Shown here piece by piece: positions 12,162-23,975 of a stretch of 64,000 nucleotides of DNA. The stretch comes from Octopus sinensis (Eukaryota), in the NCBI RefSeq assembly GCF_006345805.1, contig NC_043005.1, positions 90,024,001 through 90,088,000 on the forward strand. Reading direction: 5' to 3'. The notes below the pieces were generated by a model. The model made no database searches. It saw nothing but the letters and a program-made list of their open reading frames with translations, and had not been told where the DNA came from. The first letter of the stretch is position 1; each line of letters begins with the position of its first letter. Position numbers and translations under genes: made by a program.

Positions 12162-14920
12162 TAGTTTTACTTTTATCACGTGCTTCCGCTGCACCTCCGA
12201 ACGCAGCTCTCTGTGTCTTGGGTATGTGCTGTGGTTTACTATGATGCTCTTATGGTTACTGTATTGGAAGTGTTTTACATAGGATGTGTCCAGTGCCTAG
12301 TAGTGCTATTTTCTGTTTTTTGCATTGAGCTCCATTTTCTGTATCAATCCACCTCATCTGTAGTATCCTTTTTTTATTTTGTCATTCATTTGTGTGTGTT
12401 GTATCGTATCTAGTTCAGTGATTCCTAAGTATTTGTATGCCTGGCTTTGGTCTAATTCTCTCTTATTTTCTTAATCTAGTGTGATGTTGCTACTCTTAAC
12501 TAGTTTTCCTATTTCCAAAGTTACTTTGATACATTTTCCTGAGCCAAATTTCATGCTTATTTTTTTGGTAAATCCATGTACTGTCTGTACTAATGTTTCC
12601 AGCTGTTTATCATTTGTATCATACAGTTTTAGGTCATCCACGTATAAAAGGCTGCTGATTGTTTTGTCGTAACATTTGTATCCACATCCAGTTCTGTTTA
12701 GCAAGTTAGAGAAAGGTGTCAGTACCAAGCAGAAAAGGGGTGGAGAGAGCGAGTCTCCCTGGAATATTCCTCTTCTAATGAGAATGGCTTTGGTTTTTAT
12801 GAGTCCTTCTTTTGTTTGGAACTGTAGCAGTGTCTGCTATTTATTCATGGAATGTGTTATATATCTTATGATTACTGGTGCTACCTCGTTCATGGTCGAA
12901 ATGAGTTTCATTTTTGTGTGGGTGGAAAGAGAGAGAGAAGGGTGGAGAGAGAGAGAGAGAAAGAAAGAAAGAGATTGATTGATTGGTTGACGAAGTTTAA
13001 CTAAACTTAGAATGGTGTAACAATATATCATAATTATATATATGCATATATCATTATATATCATCATCGTCATTATTTAACGTCTACTTTCCAAGCTGGC
13101 ATAGACTGAACGGTTTGACTGATGACTGGCAAGCCAGTAGGCTGCATTCAGGATCCAGTTTGTTTTGGCAAGGTTTCCACGGCTGGATGCCCTTCCTAAC
13201 GCCAACCACCCCGAGAGTGTAGTGGGCGCTTTTCAAATGCCACTGGCACGGGGTCCAGTCAGATAGCACTGGCATCGATCACGCTCGAATGGTACACTTT
13301 ACGTACCGCCGGCACTAGTGCGGACGATGTCATGTTTGATGTCATGGGGAGCCCACATATTGAAATTATGTACTGCTTGGTCAGCCATTGTCATTTTGAT
13401 TTTACCTGAGAATTATATTAAGGGTCCACATGTCTGTGAAATACCGAAAAGGATTTTTTGTTGTTTTTACTTAAGAATTCTGTCTTTTATCTTTTTTCTT
13501 TTTCAGCCCATCGATGGATGTTAACGGCCAGTTCGATATTAGGCCGTTTGTTTATCACTGCAAGTTTTGCAATTGTGTATTTATACACTTTGGAATTATA
13601 CCCAACTTGTATAAGAAACGGTGCATTGGGGGCTTTGTCCACCTTTGCACGTGTTGGTGGGGCTTTGGCACCTTACATTCTCAACTTTGTAAGTATTTAG
13701 ATTCTTTCAGACTTGCTATTTGTTTTGTTGTTCGCCCCTTTTGTTAGTCCATCCATCATGGAACCAGCACAACTAGTAAAGAGACAGAGCTAGGCTTACC
13801 TTTCTATGGATTTACATAACAACATACGAATAAGGAAATATTATCCATCAGACCAGGCACAATGGCTATAAACATATTTGTTACCGTATTTGGGATGAAA
13901 TACACTGTATTTGTTTCAAAGAATTTAGTAAAATAGCTGAGCCTTTTCTTACCACATTCCTGAAATACACAGCATTTGTTTTAATTAATTTTGAAATAAC
14001 GAAGAATTTAGTGGAATAACTTTGTCATTATTAAGCTGCTACTTCAGGTGGTGAGATGGCAGAATCATTAACAGACTGGAACAAATTCTTGGCAGCATTT
14101 CGTCCGTCTTTACATTCAGAGTTGAAATTCCACTGAGGTCAACGTTGCTTTTCATCCTTTCGGGATCGATAAAATAAGTACCAGTTAGATATTGGGGTTG
14201 ATGTAGTTGACCTACCCCAACTCACTCGAAATTGCTGGCCTTGTGCCACAATTTGAAACTGTTGTTATTGTGCTACTTGGAACAATAAAACAAACTCACT
14301 CTGCCTTTTTCTTGTCCAGTCGGACATCTTTTATTTCTCCTTTGCGTTACTCCACACTTGTCTGTCTGCTAGACCCCGACTTTCTTTTTCTTGTATATGC
14401 ATTATTATTATTGTTTGTATATGTATTAGCTTGTTGTTGTGTATGTATTACTTTTTTTGTCTTCATTTGTCCTTAATGCCATATTCTCTTTATTTATCTC
14501 ACTTTTTGTCCCTCATCCGTCCACAAACAGTCTCCTCTCGAATTACTTTTATCCATTTTCGTTTTTCCATTTCCGTATCCCCTTTTTCATCTTTATTTGT
14601 CCGTCCCATTTCGTCTTGTCATGTTCTGGTTAAACTTCCATCAAGTACTCTTGCTGGTTGCCTCCAGGGTGGAAGAAATATTATCAATAATGGCACAAAA
14701 TTGCACCCGACCCCTTGGTCGATAACTGATGAGGAGTTAGTGACTTTCTGTGTTTCTTCTCCATTCATCTAAGCATTTGGTATACGTTTTTCAACCTCAT
14801 CTTCCGCTTCTTTTTTTCCATTCGTTTATTTGTTACGATAAGTGTTTGACTTCTGATAACATTATTCACGTAACGCAACGCACCCACTATTTTTTGCACA
14901 CACACACATACATATATATG

Positions 14921-14951
<31 letters not shown>

Positions 14952-15287
14952 CATACACACACACACATATATGCTGAAATTAAAACAGGATGGTCATGGT
15001 GGGAACACCGCTGACCATGAGTATGCTTGTTCAGTAATGATCTGGCGCCAAACAACAACAAAATAAACAAAACATGTATTTTATTTGCTGTTTCTTTTCC
15101 TGTTGTTTTTTTCTCTTAGTCAGATTTTGTTCCTGGCAAGGTTGGTCAAATACTGCCGATGGTTCTTATGGGAGCACTTTCCATAATCGCGGGGCTATTT
15201 TCATTGTTGTTACCCGAAACAAACAACCGGAAAATGATGGACAACTTCAATGATGTGACCAAATCTGGAAAACTGGAGTTCGCGTAG
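3067..15287 (+). CDS. SLC22-family (Orct/OAT-like MFS) transporter, copy A, 5'-partial spliced CDS: join(3067..3238,4032..4244,6061..6287,13507..13688,15120..15287)
   Basis: All exons have AG/GT boundaries with compatible phases. Motifs include (F)[52 protein letters not shown] and LLLPETNN. Upstream exons lie left of the window. Confidence 0.92.
4032..4244 (+). CDS. SLC22 copy A exon (ESPRW, central loop), 213 bp
   Basis: gcaag|T TTC CTA GAC GAG TCT CCC CGA TGG ... AAC TG|gtaagt. Confidence 0.92.
4991..5098 (-). ncRNA. Type I hammerhead ribozyme motif (one stem I mismatch) at the end of a Penelope-like repeat
   Basis: AATCAG-CTGAGGA-GAC[~70 nt]GTC-GAAA-CAACTG-TA-GTGATT; stem II GAC/GTC, stem III ACA/TGT, stem I AATCA/TGATT with G.G at the core-proximal pair. 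Confidence 0.65.
6061..6287 (+). CDS. SLC22 copy A exon (TM7-TM9), 227 bp
   Basis: tatag|G GCA ACT GTG AGC TTG GTA TAT TAC GGC ... AAA G|gtaaac. Confidence 0.92.
6330..6785 (-). repeat. Dispersed repeat, probable 3' UTR of a REL-type retrotransposon, ending in an (AAT)n tail
   Basis: Terminal actccaggagttccaacaaaacctgtgataaaaag + aat repeats, shared with 37990-38030. Confidence 0.45.
6790..7093. repeat. Compound (ATT/ACT)n microsatellite
   Basis: Direct inspection. Confidence 0.97.
7094..11855 (-). mobile_element. Near full-length R4/Dong-like non-LTR retrotransposon (RT + CCHC + PD-(D/E)xK REL endonuclease), disrupted near its N-terminus
   Basis: ORF 7867..11007 (1046 aa): [28 protein letters not shown]...HVVSKC, RPDILL...LIDMTVP. 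N-terminal segment 11134..11553 ([10 protein letters not shown]...NKLANVRR) is out of frame. In-frame TAA near 11109. Flanked by AAT/CAT triplet tracts. Confidence 0.9.
12157..12920 (-). mobile_element. Internally deleted R4/Dong-like copy (same family as 25594..28360)
   Basis: RT fragment [10 protein letters not shown] plus 3' UTR nearly matching 25594-25690; abuts (ATT)n at 12100-12157. Confidence 0.85.
13068..13320 (-). mobile_element. RTE LINE 3' tail fragment
   Basis: ggctggatgcccttcctaacgccaacc motif shared with the 3' UTR of the RTE at 48011-48660; similar tails at 20010-20140, 21060-21700 and 24240-24450. Confidence 0.75.
13507..13688 (+). CDS. SLC22 copy A exon (TM10-TM11), 182 bp
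   Basis: tttcag|CC CAT CGA TGG ... AAC TTT|gtaagt; ELYPTCIRN motif. Confidence 0.92.
14044..14260 (+). mobile_element. SINE (family with ggcagaatcgttag...gagttcaaattccgccgaggtc...taagtaccag)
   Basis: Copies at 19280-19390, 30770-30950, 32090-32310, 33560-33750 and 36790-36980. Confidence 0.75.
15120..15287 (+). CDS. SLC22 copy A exon (TM12, LPET), ends TAG or splices at GC|gtaggt
   Basis: ctcttag|TCA GAT TTT ... CCC GAA ACA ... TTC GCG TAG; 56 codons. Confidence 0.88.
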   Translation, partial: SDFVPGKVGQILPMVLMGALSIIAGLFSLLLPETNNRKMMDNFNDVTKSGKLEFA

Positions 15288-15443
15288 GTGTCTCTTAAAT
15301 GATTTAAACATCATTAACGTCATCATCACCGTCAGTAGTAGCATCATGATTCTCATCATCATCATCATTAATATCATTGTCATCAACATAAACATCACCA
15401 ATATAATTATCATCGCTATCATTATCATTTGCCACATCATTAC

Positions 15444-15493
<50 letters not shown>

Positions 15494-15584
15494 CGTTATC
15501 ATCATTATCATCATCATAACCATCACCATCAGCTGCATAATAATTATCATCACCATCATCATCATTATGAACAAAGAAATGTGA

Positions 15585-15589
<5 letters not shown>

Positions 15590-15632
<43 letters not shown>

Positions 15633-15675
15633 AAATATACATATATATGTATATATCTTTACATATATATATATG

Positions 15676-15726
<51 letters not shown>

Positions 15727-15747
15727 TGACACAAATATATATATATA

Positions 15748-15782
<35 letters not shown>

Positions 15783-15856
15783 GCAGATAAATATGTATAT
15801 GTATATATATGTATATATATATGCATGTATATGTATATGTATATATATATATATAA

Positions 15857-15888
<32 letters not shown>

Positions 15889-15914
15889 CTACATATATAT
15901 ATAAATATATATAC

Positions 15915-15945
<31 letters not shown>

Positions 15946-15962
15946 ATATATATATATAATGC

Positions 15963-16015
<53 letters not shown>

Positions 16016-16120
16016 CATGCATATATATACATATACATATACATGCATATATATATTCATACATATATATACATATACATATATATCTGTATTTTTATAT
16101 ATATGTATGTATATATGTAC
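15590..16120. repeat. (AT)n/(ATAC)n low-complexity tract, one of many
   Basis: Direct inspection; similar tracts at 2160-2242, 4830-4910, 16972-17050, 17255-17880, 54395-54575, 57490-57570 and 61315-61420. Confidence 0.97.
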
Positions 16121-16603
16121 GTTCTGGGGCATATTTCGTCAAACTGATGTCACGACAGCTAATGTGCAAAATGCCTAAACTTTGCTTGAGAAATAGATTG
16201 ATCTTACCTAATCAAAACCTGAAACGCTGAGGAATTAAAACAACGAATTGAAATAATAAGTTTTAGCAAATCAAAACAATTCGCATTGAAATGAACAAAT
16301 AGCAAATGCTAAATAGATTACCATTAATAAGCTGTCTGTCTCTAGCCATGACACATTTTTGGTTAAATTGATATCACGGTGGAGTAGTGCGAAAAATGCC
16401 AACTTTTACAATTTTTGGGAAATTGATGCTGATTACAAGTCGAATTTTCCAAAATTCCTAGTGCGTATGTGACCGTATGGGCATAAGCCCCCCACCCCCC
16501 AAACACACACACACGAGTCAAGTTTCATAAAGGTCTGTTGGATAGTCTCGGAGGAGTTAAAGTAACAAATTCACAAACACACAAACTTGTCATTTATTAT
16601 ACA

Positions 16604-16969
16604 CTAGCACTATGACCGGCAACACACACACACTCACGCACGCACACATGTACATCAATGCTTTCGGAGTGAAATGTTAAAATATTGAGTTTTCTCGAAT
16701 TTTGTCTTAATTGGGGGTGAAATTGAAAGAAATATATTATGGCATGAGCGAATGGAGTACTTTGAAAAATCTTAGGTAAATTCTAATTAAAGAATGTGAG
16801 TTTTCTGTAAATTTTGCTTAATTGGAGTTTAAATTTTAAAAACTGGACCTGGCATGACCCGATGCATTCTACTCTTAAAAATGCTAGGTAAATTGTAATT
16901 GAAGAAATCCTATATTGTAGATTTCTATAAGTTACAAAGGGAGGCAGATAAAATCTGCCTTTTATAATA

Positions 16970-16972
<3 letters not shown>
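16604..16972 (-). mobile_element. Candidate non-autonomous Helitron-like element
   Basis: Minus strand starts A|TCTTATTATAAAA and ends CTAG|T; 7-bp hairpin GGCAGAT-AAA-ATCTGCC near the 5' end; no clear 3' hairpin. Confidence 0.4.
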
Positions 16973-17051
<79 letters not shown>

Positions 17052-17052
<1 letters not shown>

Positions 17053-17253
17053 AATTTTCCTTTGATTTCTGCATTACTACTATTTAGCGGTTTGAGTTTA
17101 GCTGCTCGTTTTAGTGAGTATCATGGCCTATTAAGGCCATTCCTTAATATTATTGTTGAATGTACCTTATATAGTTTGTTGACTATTATTTTCTTTCTCA
17201 CTAGACCGCTGGTTGCGAAAAAATTTCTATTAAATTTTTTGCTACCCTTATAT

Positions 17254-17257
<4 letters not shown>
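17052..17257 (+). repeat. Diverged, ribozyme-less fragment of the 492-bp hammerhead repeat family, inside a (TA)n tract
   Basis: Collinear with 54187-54387: atggcctattaaggccattccttaat ... gactatt ... ccgctggttgc ... aaatttcta ... gctacccttatattgat. Confidence 0.85.
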
Positions 17258-17337
<80 letters not shown>

Positions 17338-17502
17338 TATATATATATATATACATATATATAAATACATATACATATATATATATATATATAATGTATA
17401 TACATATACATGGGTATATATATATATATGTATATACACACATATATATACATATATATTTTTGTATATATATACATATATATATATATATGTATATATA
17501 TG

Positions 17503-17597
<95 letters not shown>

Positions 17598-17621
17598 GTA
17601 TGTATATATATATATGTATAT

Positions 17622-17690
<69 letters not shown>

Positions 17691-17693
17691 CAC

Positions 17694-17770
<77 letters not shown>

Positions 17771-18692
17771 CATATATATTTATATACATATATATACATA
17801 TATATATATATATGTATATATATACAAAAATATATATGTATATATATGTGTGTATATACATATATATATATATATATATATACCCACACACACATACATG
17901 TGTGTATAATGTCTGTGTGTGTGTGCATGTATGCAAGTATGTGTTTGTGACTGTTTGTCCTCCCCATCTCCGTTTGACAACCAGCCACCCAGCATTGGTG
18001 TCTTTACATCCCCATAGCTTAGTTGTCCAGAAAAAAAACACCGATATAAGTAACAGGGTTTTAAAAAATAGGTTATGGGGTCGATTCACTGAACTAAAAT
18101 TCTTCGAGTGCTCCAATATGGCCACAGTCTATTGCTTGAAACAATTTAGAAATAACAGTTAAAAAATAAAAGTAGCACATTTTCCCCACTTACTCACAAT
18201 GTGATTGCTTTGACCCCTTTTTTTGGCTGCCCTTGCAATGTCACTGGAGTTTAATGCAGGGCAATGAAGGGAGGACACTGTAGGAGTGAAAAGATGAGGG
18301 GAAAACGAGTGAGTCAGTGATACCTGAATGGATATGAGCTGAGACTAGCTCACCCCCAGGAGCAACAGCAGTGGAATGGAAGGTTTGCACAATAACATCA
18401 ACAGCAACAATATCATTGATTTAACAAGAATCTTAATCATCATCATCATCATCATCATCTCCCTCATCATCATCTGCATCATCATCATCACCATCATTAC
18501 CATCTGCATCATATTTCAACTCTTAAACATTATTTTGCTAAATGTCTGATTGGCTCTTTTCTCTTTTTCTTTCTTTCTTCCCTTCCAGTACTAAAAAGGA
18601 TGCAATTCTAAAGGAAGAAACTCACCCAATGAAACCGAGACAATCTGCAGAGGATATAAATTCTTAATGTACGTATATATGTATGCATGTGC

Positions 18693-18723
<31 letters not shown>

Positions 18724-19703
18724 TGTATGTATGTATGTATGTATGTATGTAGGTACGTACATGTGTATGTGCATCTATGTGTGTGAGCACACGCACACAA
18801 ACACACACACACATTGACAGGCAGGCAGAGAGACAGACAGACAGACAGACAGACAGGCAGAAAGACAGACAGATAGACAGACAGACAGACAGACAGACGG
18901 ACGGACGGACGGACGGACGGACGGACGGACGGACGGACGGACGGATGGATGGATGGATGGATGGAGTGTTGGCAAAGAAGAATAGTTTTTTAGAATAACT
19001 AAACCCCATCACTAACCACCATTTGCAGCTATCCAGACTTTATTATTACCATTGATGACATTCAACCATTATTAAAACCAGAAGAAGAAACAATAAGGAG
19101 AGGCACTGAAATCTGTAGGCATGAACAGTACACATGTATGTGGTTAGCATTGAATCTATGTTGAGACACTAATATTACATCAGGGAAAAAGAAGACTTCA
19201 GAAAAGAGGCAAGGTCCACAGTGACTGCTTTTCTCCCGTCTCAATGCATTTACTGCTTTGACCAGGCAATTAGTATGCTGAGATTTCCCTAAAACGAATC
19301 CCACCGAGGTCAACTCGGTCAGATTTGAACTCAGAATGCAAAGGGCCGGAAGAAATACCACAAAACACTTGAAAAGTTCTACCAATACCCACACCCGAAC
19401 AACTACTACAACTACTGTTATGATTCAAAATTAAACAAAGACACAAGACAGCAACAGGTGAGCGAACAACAAGCAAGGTGTATTAGTTTCATGTTCAGGA
19501 AAAATGGAAGAAGTGTTTGATGTTTTGAGCCTATGCTCTTCAACTGAAAGGAATGAGGAGAGAAAACAGATGGAGGGAGGGAAAAGGAAATTCTGTCTGT
19601 GTTAACTACTGCTACTACTAATGGTGATGATGATGATAAAAATAATGATAACAATAATAATGATACACACTGTTTTTAATCGCTTTTCCTTCTTCCTTTG
19701 CAG

Positions 19704-19910
19704 AGTTGGTGGTAAGACATCATCAACAGCAGCAAATTCTAACTTTTTCCGTCGTTCGTTGTTAATCACTGCTTGCTGTAAAGAGAGAATTATTTCAATT
19801 AAAACAAAGACTGTTCATATTAGGGTTTCGTTCAATAAAGAACACATCTATATTTCGTTTGTGATTTAAAATGAGATGATTAATAAAAACTTGACTTTAT
19901 ACCAAATAAA
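19704..19910 (+). other. Candidate terminal exon of copy A (54-aa extension if spliced from GC|gtaggt; AATAAA at 19882 and 19905)
   Basis: Polypyrimidine tract plus cag acceptor (ttcttcctttgcag|A). Block conserved in inverted copy at 25182-24974. Frame open to TAA at 19869. Confidence 0.45.
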
Positions 19911-22184
19911 AATGAGAATTAAATTAAAAACAGAAAACTAAAGATATTTCTTCAACAAATCTCAAATGACACATGAAGAGGTAAAAAAACCCACATCAAG
20001 TTATTTCTTAAAACGTTTTGGCATGGTTTCTACAGATGGGTGCCCTTTCTAACGCCAACCACTTTACAGAATGTACTGTGTGCCTTTTATGTGGCACCAG
20101 TGCTTCTTACGTGGCACTGTGACATGAATCCTTTTTATGTGGCACCAAAAACAGTTGTTAAATTAATACGGAGAAATTGCACTGCCATGCTTAATACTTA
20201 CAGAATAAAATATTGAATAAGTAATATTCTACAAATGTTAAACAGTCAGGCTCTAAGAGGAGAGAGAGGGAGAAGGAGAGAGAGAGAGAGGGAGAGAAAG
20301 ACAGAGAGAGAAAAAGAGAGAGAGAGATAGGAAGAGAGAGTGGATTATCCACAACACAAAAACCCTTTTAATAAATTAACACCAACAGTTTATAATACTA
20401 ACTTATGTAGTTTTGAAACCTGATAAAACGAAAATCAATCGGTTTCAAGTTCCAAAAGAAAGAAATTACATATCTGTCATGTATTGGATCAAGATTGATA
20501 TAATTTAAGGGTGGAGCCACCGGCAAATAAGATTGCATATCAGTGATAAAGTACAATCAGGTAATTAGAAAAGTTATCAAGGGAGGTAACTGCGTTGAAT
20601 CCTTTATCATAAGAAGCAAAGGGAGGTAAATAACATAGCTTTCCAAATTGAATTTTAACTAAACGTCACTTTGCAACTGGTCAACTACATCAATAGCACA
20701 AAATATATTGATTCCAATTACTTCTTTAATCAGTTATGACTGTTTTAAATATCCTTAGTCGATGCAAAAGAGAGGGTCAGGGTCATGTACCTTAAATGTA
20801 TTCACAAACTGGGAAAAAATGTTGTTGGTGAAACCATCCTGGGGTTTTTACCAAAGTTCCACAAACCCGATGATAGGCATCCTGAAAATAGAAAACATTA
20901 AAAAAGGTAAATAAAAAAAACGCATATAGGTGAAATTTATAACTCGAAATAATTAACATGCCTGCTAATTACAGAGTCAAAGCAAAATATCCATTTCTTC
21001 TCTCAATGTATCTACCAAAACTTGTGTTCCATTTCTGATCTTAATATATAATTTATTTACTTCATCGTCATCATTATCATCATCATCGTCGTCGTCGCAC
21101 CAAGCTCAATCTGATTTGGCAAAGTTTCTACAGCTGGATGCCCTTCCTAATGCCAACCACTCCGAGAGTATAGTGGGTGCTTCTATGTGCCACCAGCACG
21201 AGGGCCAGTTAGGCGGTTCTGGCAACGACCATGTTCAAAATGTGTTTTCTATGTGCTACCTGCGCGGGAGTCAGTCTGGCGGCACTGGCAACGACCACGC
21301 TCGAATGTTGTTTTTCATGTGGCACTGGCACATGTACCAGTAAGGTGACGCTGGCAACGATCACACTCGAATGGTGCTTTTTACGTGTCACCGACATTGG
21401 AGCCAATCCGTGACCCTGGCAAAGATCACGCTCGGATGTGCTTTTAGCGTGACACTGGCACAAGTGCCAATCAGACGGTACTGTCATCGGCCATGTCAGC
21501 GATTTTGATTTTGATTTCCCTTGTCTCAATAGGTCTTCGCAAGCAAAGTTTATTGTCCAATGAATGAGGGGTATTCATGCGTGGGCTGGTTATACCCACT
21601 GGCATAGGCCACGGGCTATGGTCTCACTTGGCTTGTCGGGTCTTCTCGAGCACAGCATATCTCCAAAGGTCTCGGTCACTAGTCATTGCCTCGGTGCCAT
21701 GTCTGCTCCAGTTTCTGTATACTCGTGTTTCTTGAAAAGATCAAACACTCACTTCAAGTACTTATAAATAAATATCACGGGGAGGTATACTATGACTTCT
21801 AGTTCTTCATATAAATCAGTGAAATCTATTTTGACAGCTTGCCATGTTGGTTCAAATCTTCCTTAAGGAACTAGTCTAAAGGCCAGTCTGTCTTCATTCT
21901 ACAAAGTGTTCCGTAAATTCATAGAATGTCATAACAACTCTTGGATTTACTGGGAGTTGAAAATTACTCTTTCTATTTTGTAACTTCAGTAAATATTCTT
22001 CAAAATCTCTTTCTCCTTCTCTCTCTCTCTCTAAAATTCGTTAATCTGGACGCTCACCCGCTCTAATTTTTTTGCAAAATTCTCATCCGTTTCATGACTC
22101 AGGTCTTATATTTACAATGATTTCTCCAGCAATAAAACCTTTCTAGTATCTCTCTCACTCTCCTTGCTTCCTAATGACTTTTTA

Positions 22185-22216
<32 letters not shown>

Positions 22217-22914
22217 GCTCTCTCTGCTTCCTATTGCCTTTTTATTTCTCTCTCTTTCTCCTTCTCTCTCACTCTCTCTGCTTCCTAGTGCCTTTTTATT
22301 TCTCTCTCTCTTTTTCCCTCTCTCTCCCTCTCTCTGCTTCCTAGTGCCTTTTTATCATTCTCTCTCCTTCTTTCTGCTTCCTAGTGCCTTTTTATCTTGG
22401 CTGGTATTTCCTGCGGCGAAGCTAGCCTTTTACTTATCCGTGATACACCCACCCATTCCTGCCCACCACTACCAATAATGGAAATCTATTCTCTTGTATC
22501 GGAAACCACTATAAGGCTCCGCCTCACTACTGTATCTGAAGACTTGCCTAGCTCCCTCTCTCCGCACCACCAGCAATCATCCCACACTGCTGCATGTACC
22601 AAAAGGAGATGCATTACTTAGTAAATTAACAAGCCACCTACCCCTTTCTATATATAATGGACTAGCCAATAGCAGCTGATTTACTTAATTTAAACGTTGA
22701 CCCGTTTATGTTTGCAGCAATAATGTTTATATTTACAAAGATTATAATGCTTATACTTACAACACTTATCTTACAATCACTCCCAATAGGGGCAACAATT
22801 TTAAAGTGAGAACAACTAATGTGACATGTATGTTATCAAACATTCATTAAAACCTTCTTTCAGGTGCTGAATACCATCCCTCCTTCTCATACCCCCTTCC
22901 ACGTCCCTTTCCCA

Positions 22915-23975
22915 GTTCTCTGAGTTGGCACTGTCAATGTAGGTACATTGAAAGGTAGGTCTTGTGAGATTGCTGAGATGCTTGAAGGGGAGCATTTTGA
23001 TGTATGCTGCATTCAAGAGGTATGGCGGAGAGGGGCTTCAGCCAGGTTCCTCACACGCAGGACACATAGGTATGAAATCTTCTGGAAAGGTAACAGCGAA
23101 GGGGTAGGTGGTGTAGGCCTGCTTTTTGCAAAGAAATGGGTGGATAAGGTCATAGAGGTAGTCAGAATGTGTAATAGAGTACTGAAGCTCAGGCTAGTCT
23201 TGCAGAATGGTATAACGGTAATTATCTCTGCCTACCCCACGCGAGTTTATCACTTTTATGATATTCTTCTGCGGGGTACCTGAAAGACAAGTGATAATGA
23301 TCTCATCTTCATGGCTGATGATTTCAATGGGCATGCCGGGCAGAAGCCCGATATCTTCCATGATGTACATAGGGACCATGGAATTGGTTCCCAAAACAAA
23401 GAGGGGACAAGGCTACTGGAGTTCTGTGATGCAAATAACCAATTGATCTTCAATAACAACTTCAGGAAGTCAGCTAGCCACCTGATAATCTACCAATCAG
23501 GTGACTATGCTAGCCAGATCGATTATATTCTCACCATGTATGGTTGCTCCTAAATACAAAGACCTTCCCTGTTGAATGTCTTTTCTTAGACTAGTCATTA
23601 GTGACTTTAGACTCAAGGCCAGAAAAATGCCAAGGAGCAGACCAATCTGGAAAAGAAGGGTTTGGAAGCTCAAGGACCCTTTATGTGCTCTGAGATTTAG
23701 GGATGTCCTAACTGAGAAATTTGATGAGAGGGGGAGAAACTACAGACTTGCAAAATAGAGGGAATTCCTGTGGGTCAGCTTACTGAGTGCCACAAACCAA
23801 ATCTGCAGCTGGTGCAATGTCCCATCCAGACCTAGGGTGATGAGGTGGTTGAACGATGCTGTAGACAAAACCATTAGAGCAACGAAACAGGCCTGGAAAA
23901 ACTGGAGGTGTGGGGGTAACAGGGAACTGTATCAGATAACCAGAAGGGAAGCTAGGAGACAGGTATATTTAGCCA
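22915..23975 (+). mobile_element. Degenerate RTE LINE fragment (APE endonuclease region) in the duplication spacer
   Basis: GTVNVGTLKGRSCEI.EML...DVCCIQEVWRRG; DFNGHAG; QIDYIL; homologous to 50500-51620. Confidence 0.88.

Larger units (their letters stand above)
755..20812 (+). repeat. Left arm of inverted segmental duplication
   Basis: Collinear reverse-complement match of exons and intron blocks: 1245-1620 vs 45900-46260; 5650-6060 vs 38300-38770; 13700-14900 vs 31450-32660; 19640-20010 vs 24870-25230; 20545-20812 vs 23973-24240. Confidence 0.9.

Noticed and set aside
16200-16260. CTGAGGA...GAAA hammerhead
   Set aside because: Stem II is out of register and there is no stem I or III
15210-18162. 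Long YI/YM-repeat ORFs (up to 284 aa)
   Set aside because: (AT)n/(ATAC)n tracts lack stop codons; the same applies to the many CMYV, HTYI, YLSI and VCLS ORFs across the window
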